From a virus (Duplodnaviria; Caudoviricetes), in the IMG/VR virus record IMGVR_UViG_3300021254_000021, positions 1 through 64,000 of that record: 64,000 nucleotides of DNA; one strand, 5' to 3'. The notes under the pieces are model-generated. The model ran no database searches. It was given only the letters and a program-made list of their open reading frames with translations, and was not told the origin of the DNA. The position numbers were made by a program, and so were the translations under genes. Positions 41,601-50,209 of this stretch are shown in pieces (within the stretch, counting starts at the first letter, position 1; each line of letters begins with the position of its first letter).

Positions 41601-44600
41601 ATTTAGGGTTAAAGGAAGGAGCGTTCGTTGATGTAGATGAAACGACAATGACTTCTTCGTCAAACAACCTTCCAACTTCTAAGGCAGTAGCTACTTACGT
41701 TTCTGGATTGGGTTATTTAACAACGGAGACAGATCCCACTGTTCCTTCATGGGCTAAACAGTCAAGTAAGCCAACGTATACAGCGAGCGAGGTTGGTGCT
41801 TTACCCGATAGTACAACAATTCCTTCAAAAACATCTCAATTAACAAATGATTCAGGGTTTATTACTCTGTCAGATGTTCCTGCTATTCCTTCAAAAACCA
41901 CAGCTCGTAGTGACCAAGGGTATTTATATAATGGTCAGTCCGTAGATGTGGTTATGAATAATATCGGATTCTCTAATGCCAATAACCTTATTAACACCTC
42001 TGGTGTTACGGCTTATGTGGCAATTAGAGCTAACAGCAATAATCCATTCTTAGGGTTAAAGGAAGGATCTAACTTGTGGTATGCTCAGGCAGCTTCAAAT
42101 TATTTTTATTTTGGACCTACCTCCGCAAAGGCATTGAGGTTAGATCAGTCTGGTAATGGCACATTTCAAACAGGTACTTGTACGGCTACAGGATTTAAAT
42201 ATAAAAATGGAACTACTGAGGGTAGACAAGACCAATTTTTGAAAGCGGATGGATCTTTAGATTCTAATACTTATTTAACCTCTTATACGGAAACAGACCC
42301 AACAGTACCCGCATGGGCAAAAACACCAAATAAGCCTACTTATACAGCCAGTGAGGTTGGAGCTTTACCAAGTACTACAGTAATACCTACAGATACAGGA
42401 GACTTAACAAATAATGCAGGTTATATTAATCAAATTAAAACCATAAATAATGAGAGTCTTATAGGTACTGGAAATATCACTATATCAGGTGGCCCAACCT
42501 ATACAGCAGGTGAAGGTATATCTTTATCAAATAATACTATTAAAACAACTGGTATTCCATTTGGAATATGTGATTCGACTTCAACAGCAACAGCTTTTAC
42601 AGTAACCGTCCCCGGTATATATAAATTGGAAGATGGTGTGTGCTGTATGGTAAAAAATGGTGTAGTAACCTCAGCTTCAGGTTTTACACTCAATGTAAAT
42701 GGTCTTGGTGGAAAACCATGCTACACAAATTTAGCAGCATCTACGCGTGACACTACAATCTTCAATGTATCATATACAATGCTTTTTGTGTATGATAGTA
42801 CAAGAGTGTCTGGCGGTTGTTGGATTTGTTATAGAGGGTACGACTCAAATACTAATACAGTAGGTTATCAGCTAAGAACAAATTCTAGCACTTTACCAGT
42901 AAAATTTAAAACATATAGATATAGGTTATATTTTACTAGTTTTGATGGTAATTACTTTGTTGGTGCAAATAGTTCGACTTCTACAGATAATACTACTGCA
43001 CGGACACCTACTACTGAAAAAATAAATCCATTTGGTCGTATTATATATTATAGTACAAATGGTACTACTAATTCTGGTGCTAATCTAACTGCTACAGCTA
43101 TATGGAATCAGTACACAGTATCAATAGGTTATTCATTTACAGTATCTCTAGTGGATGATAAACCCGTTTATGTAAAATGCTCACCTCAGAGTGACGGATC
43201 TGCTATTATTGATTCAGATACTCCGATTGTGCAAACCTTACCTTCTTCTAATGATGGAAAGATTTATATATTACTTGGTATTGCATATAGTACAACAGCT
43301 TTTGAACTAATACCTAACCATCCTGTTTATTACCATGATGGAACTGGGATACGTTTATGGTCAGGAAAGGATAGTTATTCAAAGACGGAGGCTGATAGTT
43401 CTTTTGTCACGATAAATTCTGATCAGACTATAACCTCTAATAAGACTTTACAGTTTGGTAAAAAACTATATTTAGGTTCAGCTTATTCTTATATAGCAGG
43501 TAGTTCTAATAGTGGGTCTATACACATTTGTGCTTTTCTCTCTACAAATTCTAGTTTTTATACTGAATTTGATGTAACTAGTAATGGTTTAACACTAACA
43601 AAGCATAGTGGTACAAGTGAAGCTCCTGTAGAAACGAAGTTAGTAAACCTTTCTTATACTTTAGACGCAAATAAACTTCAGGTGTGGACTACTTTGTTAA
43701 TGAAGGGTAGTGTATTAGAATTTGGGGATACTTCAAATAATAGCACTATTTATTTTCGGATACGATCTGTAGATCGTACAGTAAATTCTCAGACGGTTAA
43801 AGATACTTATTTAGATGTACAAAGTGATGGTAGACTAAATGTTAGTTATGGTAATAATATTAAGTGTTATGTAGATACTGATGGTGTTACTATATCTGAT
43901 TCTAAAACTTTAACTTTTAATGGAGCTAATAGCAATTACTCAACTTCTTTACAAAATGATAATTTTACAAGCACCTTAAAAATGACTGGTGTGTTTGCGC
44001 CTTCTACTACGGAAACATACACTCTAGGTACATCCTCTTTAAAATGGAGCAATGTTTATTCTACAACCTTCACAGGTAATCTAACAGGTGATGTTACTGG
44101 TAAATTTGCGACAGCAAGGAATATTAACGGACTCGCCTTTGATGGTAGTGCCGATATTCAGAACTTTGCTCAATGTACAACAGAAGGTAATGTTGCGGCA
44201 AAGACAGCAACCATTACAGGATTAACAGTGTCTAATGGTATAGACATTTATATCCATTTTAGTGCTTCTAATACAGCCACAGATCCAACCTTAAACATAA
44301 ATGATACTACAGCATACCCAATTTATTTTGGTGCTAATAAAGCAGGTACCACACAGGAATCATCTTGGTATAGTGGAGAGATTGTACACTTCGTATTCTT
44401 CACTATGGGTGGTGGTAGATGGTATGCAATAGGTAGATCACATGCTGTATTTGGTTATGATACTTTTGGCTATAATATAGCTCAAGGTTATCCTTACAAT
44501 ATGTACACAGCTAAGTCCTCTGGGGCACGTCATGTTGTAGATACTACTAGTCCTTCCTCGACTAATACGGCCATGATGCTAACCATGTGGTCTAAGACAG

Positions 44601-44974
44601 ATGATAGAAAGAATTTCTGTGGTATTTCTAACATAATAGCCAGTACAATTTGGGGTGTTAGTGCTACTGGTTATGGTGACTCTTATAGTAGTGTTTCAAG
44701 AACTACAAGTAGTTCAGGTGTAAGTAAAGGTGGAATAGGTGCTGTTAGACAAATGGTATTATACAGAACAGGTACGAAAAGTGAGATGTATATGGGCACT
44801 ATAATTAGTGATGGAACACTCTCTTATGGTAGTATATCTTTTAACTCACAGGGTATGCCCACTCCTTACAGAGATCAGAGTACAACAGCAGATGGAACAT
44901 GGGTAACGCTATCCACTATTCCTTCTCAAACATCCACCACTATTTATTTAATTATTGCAGTACGTATAGCTTAA
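35639..44974 (+). CDS. Giant tail fibre/receptor-binding protein (3111 aa)
   Basis: Five ETDPTVP.WAK repeats, many IPT..S.L.ND units, LATVATSG.YNDL, TARNING..FDGSADI; followed by chaperone. Confidence 0.85.
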   Translation: MFQVELTSYGQTQISAQVIIEGTILLLDQIDNISSLTSISSYSTVYDDEAVGNIKGSLGNVRILDLGNTSYQAKTILFYKTVNNEKKILGGYSQGTPLIQKVNQQLNLFLSFDFSAFTHGFLFSSIQAGFSTATHNTDGLVHIEDPDIESDNQYSVYSKPQVDALLLRNDTELILGTQAAATANWTGVTKRNALYVGMQINYFLPFASAAGSNLTLTLANNTTTDAIPVYFRGATVVSTHFPVGSLIQLTYMENVTIGSTTITKGWFADSDYIDGNTTTYISTSQPLKAGTNGIYGRCLVMRTGVDTWESIMLSYSNKVANHVLNTSGFYPDVIYYTSGTTKVNSGSNTTATHYNIYNTLSYTNYFADVTTTPLVVGKPFYFVGTFHNDGKFYFNNPNYYAQEVTTDDIYVLVGIAYSATTISLLPEHPMYTLKDGVVTQITHQSFVNSEKIDGLENSIPTNTSDLNNDSGFITSSDIPTNVSAFNNDAGYLTSYTETDPTVPSWAKQPSKPTYTASEVGALPDSTVIPTVYDATLTIKKNSSDNGDTFTANASQNKTINLDLATVATSGSYNDLSNKPTIPTKTSELTNDAEFITAEDIPSDISAFNNDVGYLTSYTETDPTVPAWAKEQNKPSYTLDEVTDGSTRKLSDYVPTTRKVNNKALSADITLNLDDVADGSNRKLSNYVPYGEIFSTINGFDNRRQWLFEVHNVLWAATQRYDVTMSGFSTGATTTFFDGSFETQCKVTAGNTGVITIAGKNGTKMFDGGYPYGYLEVAFYYTSIPESVSCRVYSDWSQNPGWHLFTLTNVCKYNNQALYRGQNTGFYGVTQMEITVVAKAGNDASVTEIAFYQTRGTLQQLAVFNKGIAQTLYYNLTGPKFIVTGGTSNQFMKADGSLDSNTYLTSSALAPYELSANLKEGAYVDVDETTMTSTSGNLPTGKAVASYISGLNYATVSQIPTNVSQLANDVPYLTQHQSIKTINNNSLVGTGNVQLDLGDHNVIESISVDGDAQTITNKNVDLHIPDDIVSIETIGSFYRNNVSGTGSISKPVANCYGQFPTISVAGTYSVRVRMYSSTSTYTLNVTFGTNSYSLTSSSGIIDDTRTLTLASGAVWNGTLPGSVASNTVIRVHVYKTGVVINTVGVAAVSNDYNDLDNIPTIPTATSQLTNDSGYLTQHQSLAGVVATAQYNSTNKTIEFYNSSGTKLNTDIDATAFIKDGMVDNVEVSNGKLIISFNTDAGKEDIEIPISDIFDASNYYTKTETDSEISGAITALNLGTASTKNYSTDMNTSANLPTTSAITTYISNQNFATTSQIPTKISDLTDDVNYATQSDLSGYVQKISSSTDNAIVRFDGTSGAVQNSGVTIDDSNNLLIPLGSSGTFSQNAKLVIGNAWFGSNTTGGLAYGVKSGSTYTGYYTFESTAFRPVSTSDNAIDIGTSSYRWKDLYIAGKICKNGTYKITVPSATGTMALTSDIPTNVSQLTNDANYITLSSVPTNVSQLNNDANYISTETDPTVPSWAKQPSKPTYTASEVGALPSNTFIPANTSDLNNDAGFITTSDLSPYELSANLKEGAYVDVDENTTTASSTNLTTGKSMAAYVSSQNFAKVSQLPTVNNATLTIQKNGTTVNTFTANASSPVTANITVPTTVAELTDASNYVTENDLETTVQDYLEDHQNVIVAGNNITITSSSSVLPTGYSQVEYIQSNGSSYLDTGLAPTDTTKIIVDIFNNSTGSFYVIGARASSSSTIILAQSGSSTGAVLSGTFNGTSITAKTGSTNWSRTSLGQRYVITLETNNGTGFYEIEDLTNDREFSASISYSTIGTVSTHILLCAFNSSNVLGGTTRVYRCEIYRDDVLAFQGIPCYRNSDGRYGLYDTVSDTFITSSSSTQFTGSTEINDVLTISSKDEKAQWGKITGTLSNQIDLNTALGLKANSADLATVATSGNYNDLTNKPTIPTVNNAKLTIKKNSSDTGTEFTANASSPVTCNLGLKEGAFVDVDETTMTSSSNNLPTSKAVATYVSGLGYLTTETDPTVPSWAKQSSKPTYTASEVGALPDSTTIPSKTSQLTNDSGFITLSDVPAIPSKTTARSDQGYLYNGQSVDVVMNNIGFSNANNLINTSGVTAYVAIRANSNNPFLGLKEGSNLWYAQAASNYFYFGPTSAKALRLDQSGNGTFQTGTCTATGFKYKNGTTEGRQDQFLKADGSLDSNTYLTSYTETDPTVPAWAKTPNKPTYTASEVGALPSTTVIPTDTGDLTNNAGYINQIKTINNESLIGTGNITISGGPTYTAGEGISLSNNTIKTTGIPFGICDSTSTATAFTVTVPGIYKLEDGVCCMVKNGVVTSASGFTLNVNGLGGKPCYTNLAASTRDTTIFNVSYTMLFVYDSTRVSGGCWICYRGYDSNTNTVGYQLRTNSSTLPVKFKTYRYRLYFTSFDGNYFVGANSSTSTDNTTARTPTTEKINPFGRIIYYSTNGTTNSGANLTATAIWNQYTVSIGYSFTVSLVDDKPVYVKCSPQSDGSAIIDSDTPIVQTLPSSNDGKIYILLGIAYSTTAFELIPNHPVYYHDGTGIRLWSGKDSYSKTEADSSFVTINSDQTITSNKTLQFGKKLYLGSAYSYIAGSSNSGSIHICAFLSTNSSFYTEFDVTSNGLTLTKHSGTSEAPVETKLVNLSYTLDANKLQVWTTLLMKGSVLEFGDTSNNSTIYFRIRSVDRTVNSQTVKDTYLDVQSDGRLNVSYGNNIKCYVDTDGVTISDSKTLTFNGANSNYSTSLQNDNFTSTLKMTGVFAPSTTETYTLGTSSLKWSNVYSTTFTGNLTGDVTGKFATARNINGLAFDGSADIQNFAQCTTEGNVAAKTATITGLTVSNGIDIYIHFSASNTATDPTLNINDTTAYPIYFGANKAGTTQESSWYSGEIVHFVFFTMGGGRWYAIGRSHAVFGYDTFGYNIAQGYPYNMYTAKSSGARHVVDTTSPSSTNTAMMLTMWSKTDDRKNFCGISNIIASTIWGVSATGYGDSYSSVSRTTSSSGVSKGGIGAVRQMVLYRTGTKSEMYMGTIISDGTLSYGSISFNSQGMPTPYRDQSTTADGTWVTLSTIPSQTSTTIYLIIAVRIA

Positions 44975-44988
44975 TTAGGAGACTTTAA

Positions 44989-45408
44989 ATGAGCGACGAA
45001 TCCTCTGATAAACTTACCATTATTCGTGCTGAGTATACTAATTCAAGTCATACTCAAGCTCTTGTTTTAATGAGAGATAAGGATAATGTAGACTATCCTT
45101 ATTTCTTTTGTCCGAACTCGGGTGATGAATCACCTATGTATCTTTATTTAAATGACCTCTATAATAAAGGGGAATTAAAGATAAGCATAAATAAAGCAGT
45201 AGATGAAGAATTGCTTTCGGCAGAGGCTTTGATGAAAAGGAATACTCTGTTAAAAGAGAGTGATTATTACATGGTTGATGATTATCCCATATCTAAGGAA
45301 AAGAAAGAGGAGATGAAGGCTTATAGACAGTCTTTAAGAGACATTACTAAACAAAAGAGTTTTCCAGACAATATTGTTTGGCCAAAAAAACCAGAGGTGG
45401 ATGCATAA
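44989..45408 (+). CDS. Tail fibre assembly chaperone
   Basis: RN.LL.ESD....DYP...YRQ.LRD....FP..I.WP.KP. Confidence 0.85.
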   Translation: MSDESSDKLTIIRAEYTNSSHTQALVLMRDKDNVDYPYFFCPNSGDESPMYLYLNDLYNKGELKISINKAVDEELLSAEALMKRNTLLKESDYYMVDDYPISKEKKEEMKAYRQSLRDITKQKSFPDNIVWPKKPEVDA

Positions 45409-45635
45409 TGCCAGAATTAACTTTATTCTTTGTCCTTAATTCATCCTCTCTTATATGTCCACCAACCAATATAGAATATCTGGATAATATAGGCCGATGT
45501 GTCTATATCTGTATAGAAGGGAGAGATTACCCCTGTATTACAGGCCCTTATGAGAATATGCAGACAGGTAAAGCAGACTTAAATTTACTTAACAAAGTCT
45601 GTGAAGATTTCGGAGTGTGTTATAAACCAGAATAA
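45408..45635 (+). CDS. Hypothetical protein
   Basis: TAATG coupling, GAGGTG RBS. Confidence 0.5.
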   Translation: MPELTLFFVLNSSSLICPPTNIEYLDNIGRCVYICIEGRDYPCITGPYENMQTGKADLNLLNKVCEDFGVCYKPE

Positions 45636-45685
45636 ATATCTACTACTCTAGTAGAATATTCTACTTAATTTAAGGAGAATTAAAC

Positions 45686-46075
45686 ATGTCATACCCATCT
45701 AGCTTAGACCTCGCTTTTGGTTCAGAAAAAGCAACAGCAGACCCTATAGGTCGTCTTTCTTTTGGTAAAGGTGGTAATTCTGATTTACCTAAAACTTCAG
45801 AAGAATTACATCAGTTAGCACAAGAGGGATTAGCATTCTTTGTTATGCTTGGTGCGGATAATACATTGGATTTAAGTGATACAGAACGCATACCTAGTAC
45901 TGTAGTAGAGACATTACCAGAGAATTTAAAAGGTGTTGTTATTGAAGACCCAGAGGATATGTCAATCACATCTCATACATACATAGTAACTACAGATCCT
46001 TTAGTTATCACTGTTAATTCAGTACCAGAAGGTGTTAAAGGTGCTTATATTATCCTTAAACAGGCTGTTGATTAA
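45686..46075 (+). CDS. Hypothetical (possible virion) protein; paralogue of 56111..56500
   Basis: MS.P..LDLAFGSEK.TADP.GRLSFGK...ILKQAV shared. Confidence 0.75.
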   Translation: MSYPSSLDLAFGSEKATADPIGRLSFGKGGNSDLPKTSEELHQLAQEGLAFFVMLGADNTLDLSDTERIPSTVVETLPENLKGVVIEDPEDMSITSHTYIVTTDPLVITVNSVPEGVKGAYIILKQAVD

Positions 46076-46167
46076 CCTAATCTATATAGCGTAACATCGT
46101 AAAACTTATCTACCCCTTATAGGATTACCTGTAAGGGGTTTCTTTTTGTCCATTAAGGAGAGTAGCT

Positions 46168-48387
46168 ATGGTAAAACTAAGAAGAGTAAATGAGGCAGTG
46201 GATTCCAGTCATACCTCAATTATGTTTAATATGGCAAATTCATTTGCCGATAAAGGTTGGTATAAATTTCATGTTAAAAATTCTGACATTTCAGGTTGGG
46301 TATCTAAAGCAAATACCAGAGACAGCATAGAAGAGAAGGGTGGGGCTTATGTTACCACTGATGAAGTGGAATTAAGAGAGAGTCCTTCTAAGAATAGTGA
46401 TGTCATAGAGACAGTAAGACCAAACACTACTCTCCTTTTAGAGGATGAGAAAGATACTATTGATGCCACTTATTCGGACAAGGGTATGACGGTAGCTTTT
46501 AAATTAACAGAGAATGATGACCCTCATAATACTAAAGAAGGGAAGGCTTGGTTAAAAGCAAATAAAGGTAAAGACTTCATTTATAAAGGTGCGGGTCTTA
46601 CAGGCAATCTACGTTTTAACATTATTAAAAACAACTCAGGTAAACGTGAGCTTATTGTTGACAATGTTATTGTAGGCAAAGACAGCAATCTTTTAGTCTT
46701 ACAAAAGAAGTTAGTAGCGGATAAACCAAAAGAAGGAAGACTTACTGGTAAAAGTGTAAAGCCTTTTGAAAAACCACAGCCTTACACTATCACTAATTTA
46801 GCTACACCCACATTCCAGTCTTATATAAAGAAAACAAAAGACAATATTATAAAGGATATTGCTTTAGCTCTTAGTGAAGTGGTAGAGCTTCCTGCTAAAG
46901 AATCCACTACATACTTCATTGATTATGATGAGAATTTTAATCGTATTAATGAAGGGTACATTACAGAAGCAGAGACAGAGGAAGATCAGAAAAAGATTAG
47001 TTGGAAGGATGAGGATGTCCAGAAGGCTATCACAGATACCATTAAAGGGTTGGAGATTAATAAATCTAAGACAACCGATAAAGAGTTAATCTTTAAGTAT
47101 AATGGTAAGAATGGTTCTCTCCATCTTCAAGGTTATATGCTTGTTTTAGACACGGATACCGATGATGATATTCCCGCCACGAATTACCCTGTTAAAGACA
47201 AGAATAATCTTACCATAGAAAATCTCTTAGATACGATTAAAACAGTATTCTCTCGTAGGGAAGCTCGTTTAGCGGACAGTGACAAAGAAGAAGTAAAAGA
47301 GACTAAGAAAGAAGCTCATAAATGGGATGATGATATTCAGTCCGATGAATTACCTAGTCCACATGATTTAGATGCCTTTTACATTCTTAAGGGAAAGGTG
47401 GATGAGGAAGGTCACGATTTCTTTGAGGAAATCGTAGGGGATGAAAAAGGGTATATCTCTAAGGATGAAGCAATACAGATTGCCACAGACCTTCGCTATA
47501 ATGATCCTGACAGTCTCTTTGGTGTAACAGAATTGGTGGACATTGCTTACTTTATGAATGACACCTTCTGGGATGCTTTAGATGAAGGGGAGATAAAAGT
47601 TATTTGGAACTCGGTGGATTTAAGCAATAGTGGTATGGATACTATAGAGGAAAAAAGACTGGATGAAGCTAATGAAGATCATCCCGTAATGGAAGATCCC
47701 ACCATTGACAATTCCCCAGTTTTCCAAGATGTTGCTAAGTCCCGCTTTATGGAAAAGCTGTCCAAGTCTTTAATTATAGCCCCAGAATATAAAGGGGAAT
47801 GTAATTGCTTGGATGCCTGTGATGGTGATTTAGTTTGGCTTTATCTTTCACCTTCTTATGCCATAGAGCAACTCTCTGACATTGTTCTACCTCTCTGTAT
47901 TACAGGTAGAAAGGTGACAATGCCTGTTGTAGAGATGCCAGATCCTAATGCAGTATTTGGTGGTGATTTCTCTGAAAATGCTTTAGCTGAATACGACAAT
48001 GCTGTACAGGATTATATGCTTAATGATGCACCTATGTCTGATATAGCTATGTTGGATGTGGATAATGCAGATGATGTTAAAGCACAGGTTGTTGACTTAG
48101 TTAATACTATGGCAGACAGCTATCAAAACAAGAAAATGGAGCTGTCTGATGCACTAGATCTTAAAGGTGATTCTCTTTTAAAAGAATCCCGCTACTTTAT
48201 TGTTCCTAGTGACACAGATTTAACTTCGGATAAAGAAGTTAATAAACTGACTCCACTGGGTTATACCGATTTAGCTATAGCTCAGAATGAATTAAATAAC
48301 TTGGCAGACAGTGGTCGTTATGACTTTGATCTTAAAATCTTAGACACCAATTTCTCAAATAACAAAGAGAAGTGGACACTCGTATAA
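46168..48387 (+). CDS. Large acidic leader-bearing protein with SH3b-like segment
   Basis: MVKLRRVNEA leader; GWYK...GWVSK and VELRESPS.NS.VI. Confidence 0.65.
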   Translation: MVKLRRVNEAVDSSHTSIMFNMANSFADKGWYKFHVKNSDISGWVSKANTRDSIEEKGGAYVTTDEVELRESPSKNSDVIETVRPNTTLLLEDEKDTIDATYSDKGMTVAFKLTENDDPHNTKEGKAWLKANKGKDFIYKGAGLTGNLRFNIIKNNSGKRELIVDNVIVGKDSNLLVLQKKLVADKPKEGRLTGKSVKPFEKPQPYTITNLATPTFQSYIKKTKDNIIKDIALALSEVVELPAKESTTYFIDYDENFNRINEGYITEAETEEDQKKISWKDEDVQKAITDTIKGLEINKSKTTDKELIFKYNGKNGSLHLQGYMLVLDTDTDDDIPATNYPVKDKNNLTIENLLDTIKTVFSRREARLADSDKEEVKETKKEAHKWDDDIQSDELPSPHDLDAFYILKGKVDEEGHDFFEEIVGDEKGYISKDEAIQIATDLRYNDPDSLFGVTELVDIAYFMNDTFWDALDEGEIKVIWNSVDLSNSGMDTIEEKRLDEANEDHPVMEDPTIDNSPVFQDVAKSRFMEKLSKSLIIAPEYKGECNCLDACDGDLVWLYLSPSYAIEQLSDIVLPLCITGRKVTMPVVEMPDPNAVFGGDFSENALAEYDNAVQDYMLNDAPMSDIAMLDVDNADDVKAQVVDLVNTMADSYQNKKMELSDALDLKGDSLLKESRYFIVPSDTDLTSDKEVNKLTPLGYTDLAIAQNELNNLADSGRYDFDLKILDTNFSNNKEKWTLV

Positions 48388-48398
48388 GGAGAGGAAAA

Positions 48399-49097
48399 AT
48401 GATTCGTTATAAAAAAGAACGCAAAGAGATCGTTGAGATGAACTCCAAGGATTTATTGGAACAGTACATTAAACTGTATCGGAGAGAATTACCTAAGAAC
48501 TTTGGAGTTGCCTTAGATAGAGTATCTACTACATTCTTTGAATTTAGTTCCTTAGACAACCCAGAGGACACCGTTCGGCTTCCTTATTCTATATTGAGTA
48601 GTGGTGTAGTAGAAATGGATATGACACCTCTTGGTGGTAGAAATGCCGCTCCTATGACTCTACGAGCCGCTTCTGGAAATAGATGGGATATGTATGAAAA
48701 CATTAAATATCTTGGCAGAGCTTTAAAAAGCCACTTTGCAGAGAATAAGAAAGAAGAGTCACGTAGATATGAAAGTAGAACTACGGATGTTTGGAAAGAA
48801 ATTGTGGCTAAGATAAAGAAGGATGCTATAGCCAGAAAATTGGTGGTTGCAGACAGTAAATTAAACAGCCTTACACTTGCTGATAAGAATGATCCTGATA
48901 AAGCAGTAAAATTAGACGTTGATTTAATGAATACTGGTTCGGGTGAATGTATTGTCAGCTTAGGTAAAAAGACATGGAAGATGGGTGATACTCAAATCCG
49001 TGATAGAAGCATGAAAGGTGGAACAAAGACACCTGATATGAGCAAGCAGATTGAGAACATACTTGATATGGTAGAGTTTACAATGGGTCGTAAGTAA
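48399..49097 (+). CDS. Hypothetical basic protein with leader variant
   Basis: AGGAGAGG then ATG 48399; MIRYKKERKEIVE. Confidence 0.6.
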   Translation: MIRYKKERKEIVEMNSKDLLEQYIKLYRRELPKNFGVALDRVSTTFFEFSSLDNPEDTVRLPYSILSSGVVEMDMTPLGGRNAAPMTLRAASGNRWDMYENIKYLGRALKSHFAENKKEESRRYESRTTDVWKEIVAKIKKDAIARKLVVADSKLNSLTLADKNDPDKAVKLDVDLMNTGSGECIVSLGKKTWKMGDTQIRDRSMKGGTKTPDMSKQIENILDMVEFTMGRK

Positions 49098-49200
49098 AAC
49101 AAATTAAATAAACTCCTCTAAAGAAAAGCCGCAGGGATAACCCTTGCGGCTTTTTTATTATCTAACATTTAGTATGTTACTCTCTTATTGGAGATTGTTT

Positions 49201-50139
49201 ATGCTTAAATTAAAAAGAGTACAGGAAGCAAAACAGGTTGGAATATTATACCATGTATGTGGTTTATCCTCAGCCTTATATAATATTAAACATAACTCCA
49301 TTACTCCCAGTGGTGCGGCCAATGACAGAAATGGGAAAAGGACTATATCCTTTACCAGAGACAAACTTTATCTAGTAGATACAGTCTCTTTAACTTCACC
49401 CATTCTTTTCCAGTTTGTTATAGACGGGGACAAGCTATCTGAAAACAATAAAATAGCTCCCTATGCCGCACCAGATTATAGTGAGGAATATTCTGAAAAA
49501 GAAGAAGTGATGGAAGGCTCACTTAAAGATCTAAAGAAGTTCACTAAGAGTTTGAATATCCTCATTATAAAAGACATCTTTACCCGTGCTAATCCAAGAA
49601 TCTTTAAAGGAATAGCAGACAGCTTAGAAGAGATGAAAGGTAGTGGGATACCGATGGATATAGTCTCTATCTCTGGCAGAAGAAACCCAAAGATTGTTAA
49701 GACGGATTTACCAAAAGATATAGATGCTTTTATAGCTCTATGTAGAAAGATTCATGCTTATGACAGCCCTAACATCTTCATTGCTATAAATAGTATATGC
49801 AAACAATTCTTTGGTAAATTAGGGGATGTTACAACAGGTAAAACAAAGATTACAGTAGAGTTTGATGAGGATCAGTCATTAAAGAATGTGGGTGATTTAA
49901 TTAACGCTATTGTAGAGATCATAGAAGAAGAATTAGAGAGCAAGAAACCAACCGTATCAACCTCTCCAAATAAAGAATCTACAATGTCTCTCTCTAAATT
50001 ACTAAACAGTAAGACTATGAAAATAGAGTCTTTAACTGTTTATCCCATGTTTGATTACATGACACATAAGACTCCTATTATTGCACTGAGCTTAGTAAAA
50101 CCAGATACTAAAGCCATATATATCAACTTTCCATTATAA
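49201..50139 (+). CDS. Leader-bearing protein, possible ADP-ribosyltransferase fold; paralogue of 7530..8045
   Basis: MLKLKRVQEAKQVGILYH, ISFTRDK, DGDKLSENN, EKEE. Confidence 0.55.
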   Translation: MLKLKRVQEAKQVGILYHVCGLSSALYNIKHNSITPSGAANDRNGKRTISFTRDKLYLVDTVSLTSPILFQFVIDGDKLSENNKIAPYAAPDYSEEYSEKEEVMEGSLKDLKKFTKSLNILIIKDIFTRANPRIFKGIADSLEEMKGSGIPMDIVSISGRRNPKIVKTDLPKDIDAFIALCRKIHAYDSPNIFIAINSICKQFFGKLGDVTTGKTKITVEFDEDQSLKNVGDLINAIVEIIEEELESKKPTVSTSPNKESTMSLSKLLNSKTMKIESLTVYPMFDYMTHKTPIIALSLVKPDTKAIYINFPL

Positions 50140-50209
50140 TAGCTTAGAATAAATCTATGCACTAACAATCTATTTTAATGTTAGTCTTTTTAACGGTAGG
50201 AGTAAAAAG

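Noticed and set aside
35639-44974. Diversity-generating retroelement target in the fibre
   Set aside because: No reverse transcriptase or adenine-specific template/variable repeat pair seen in the window
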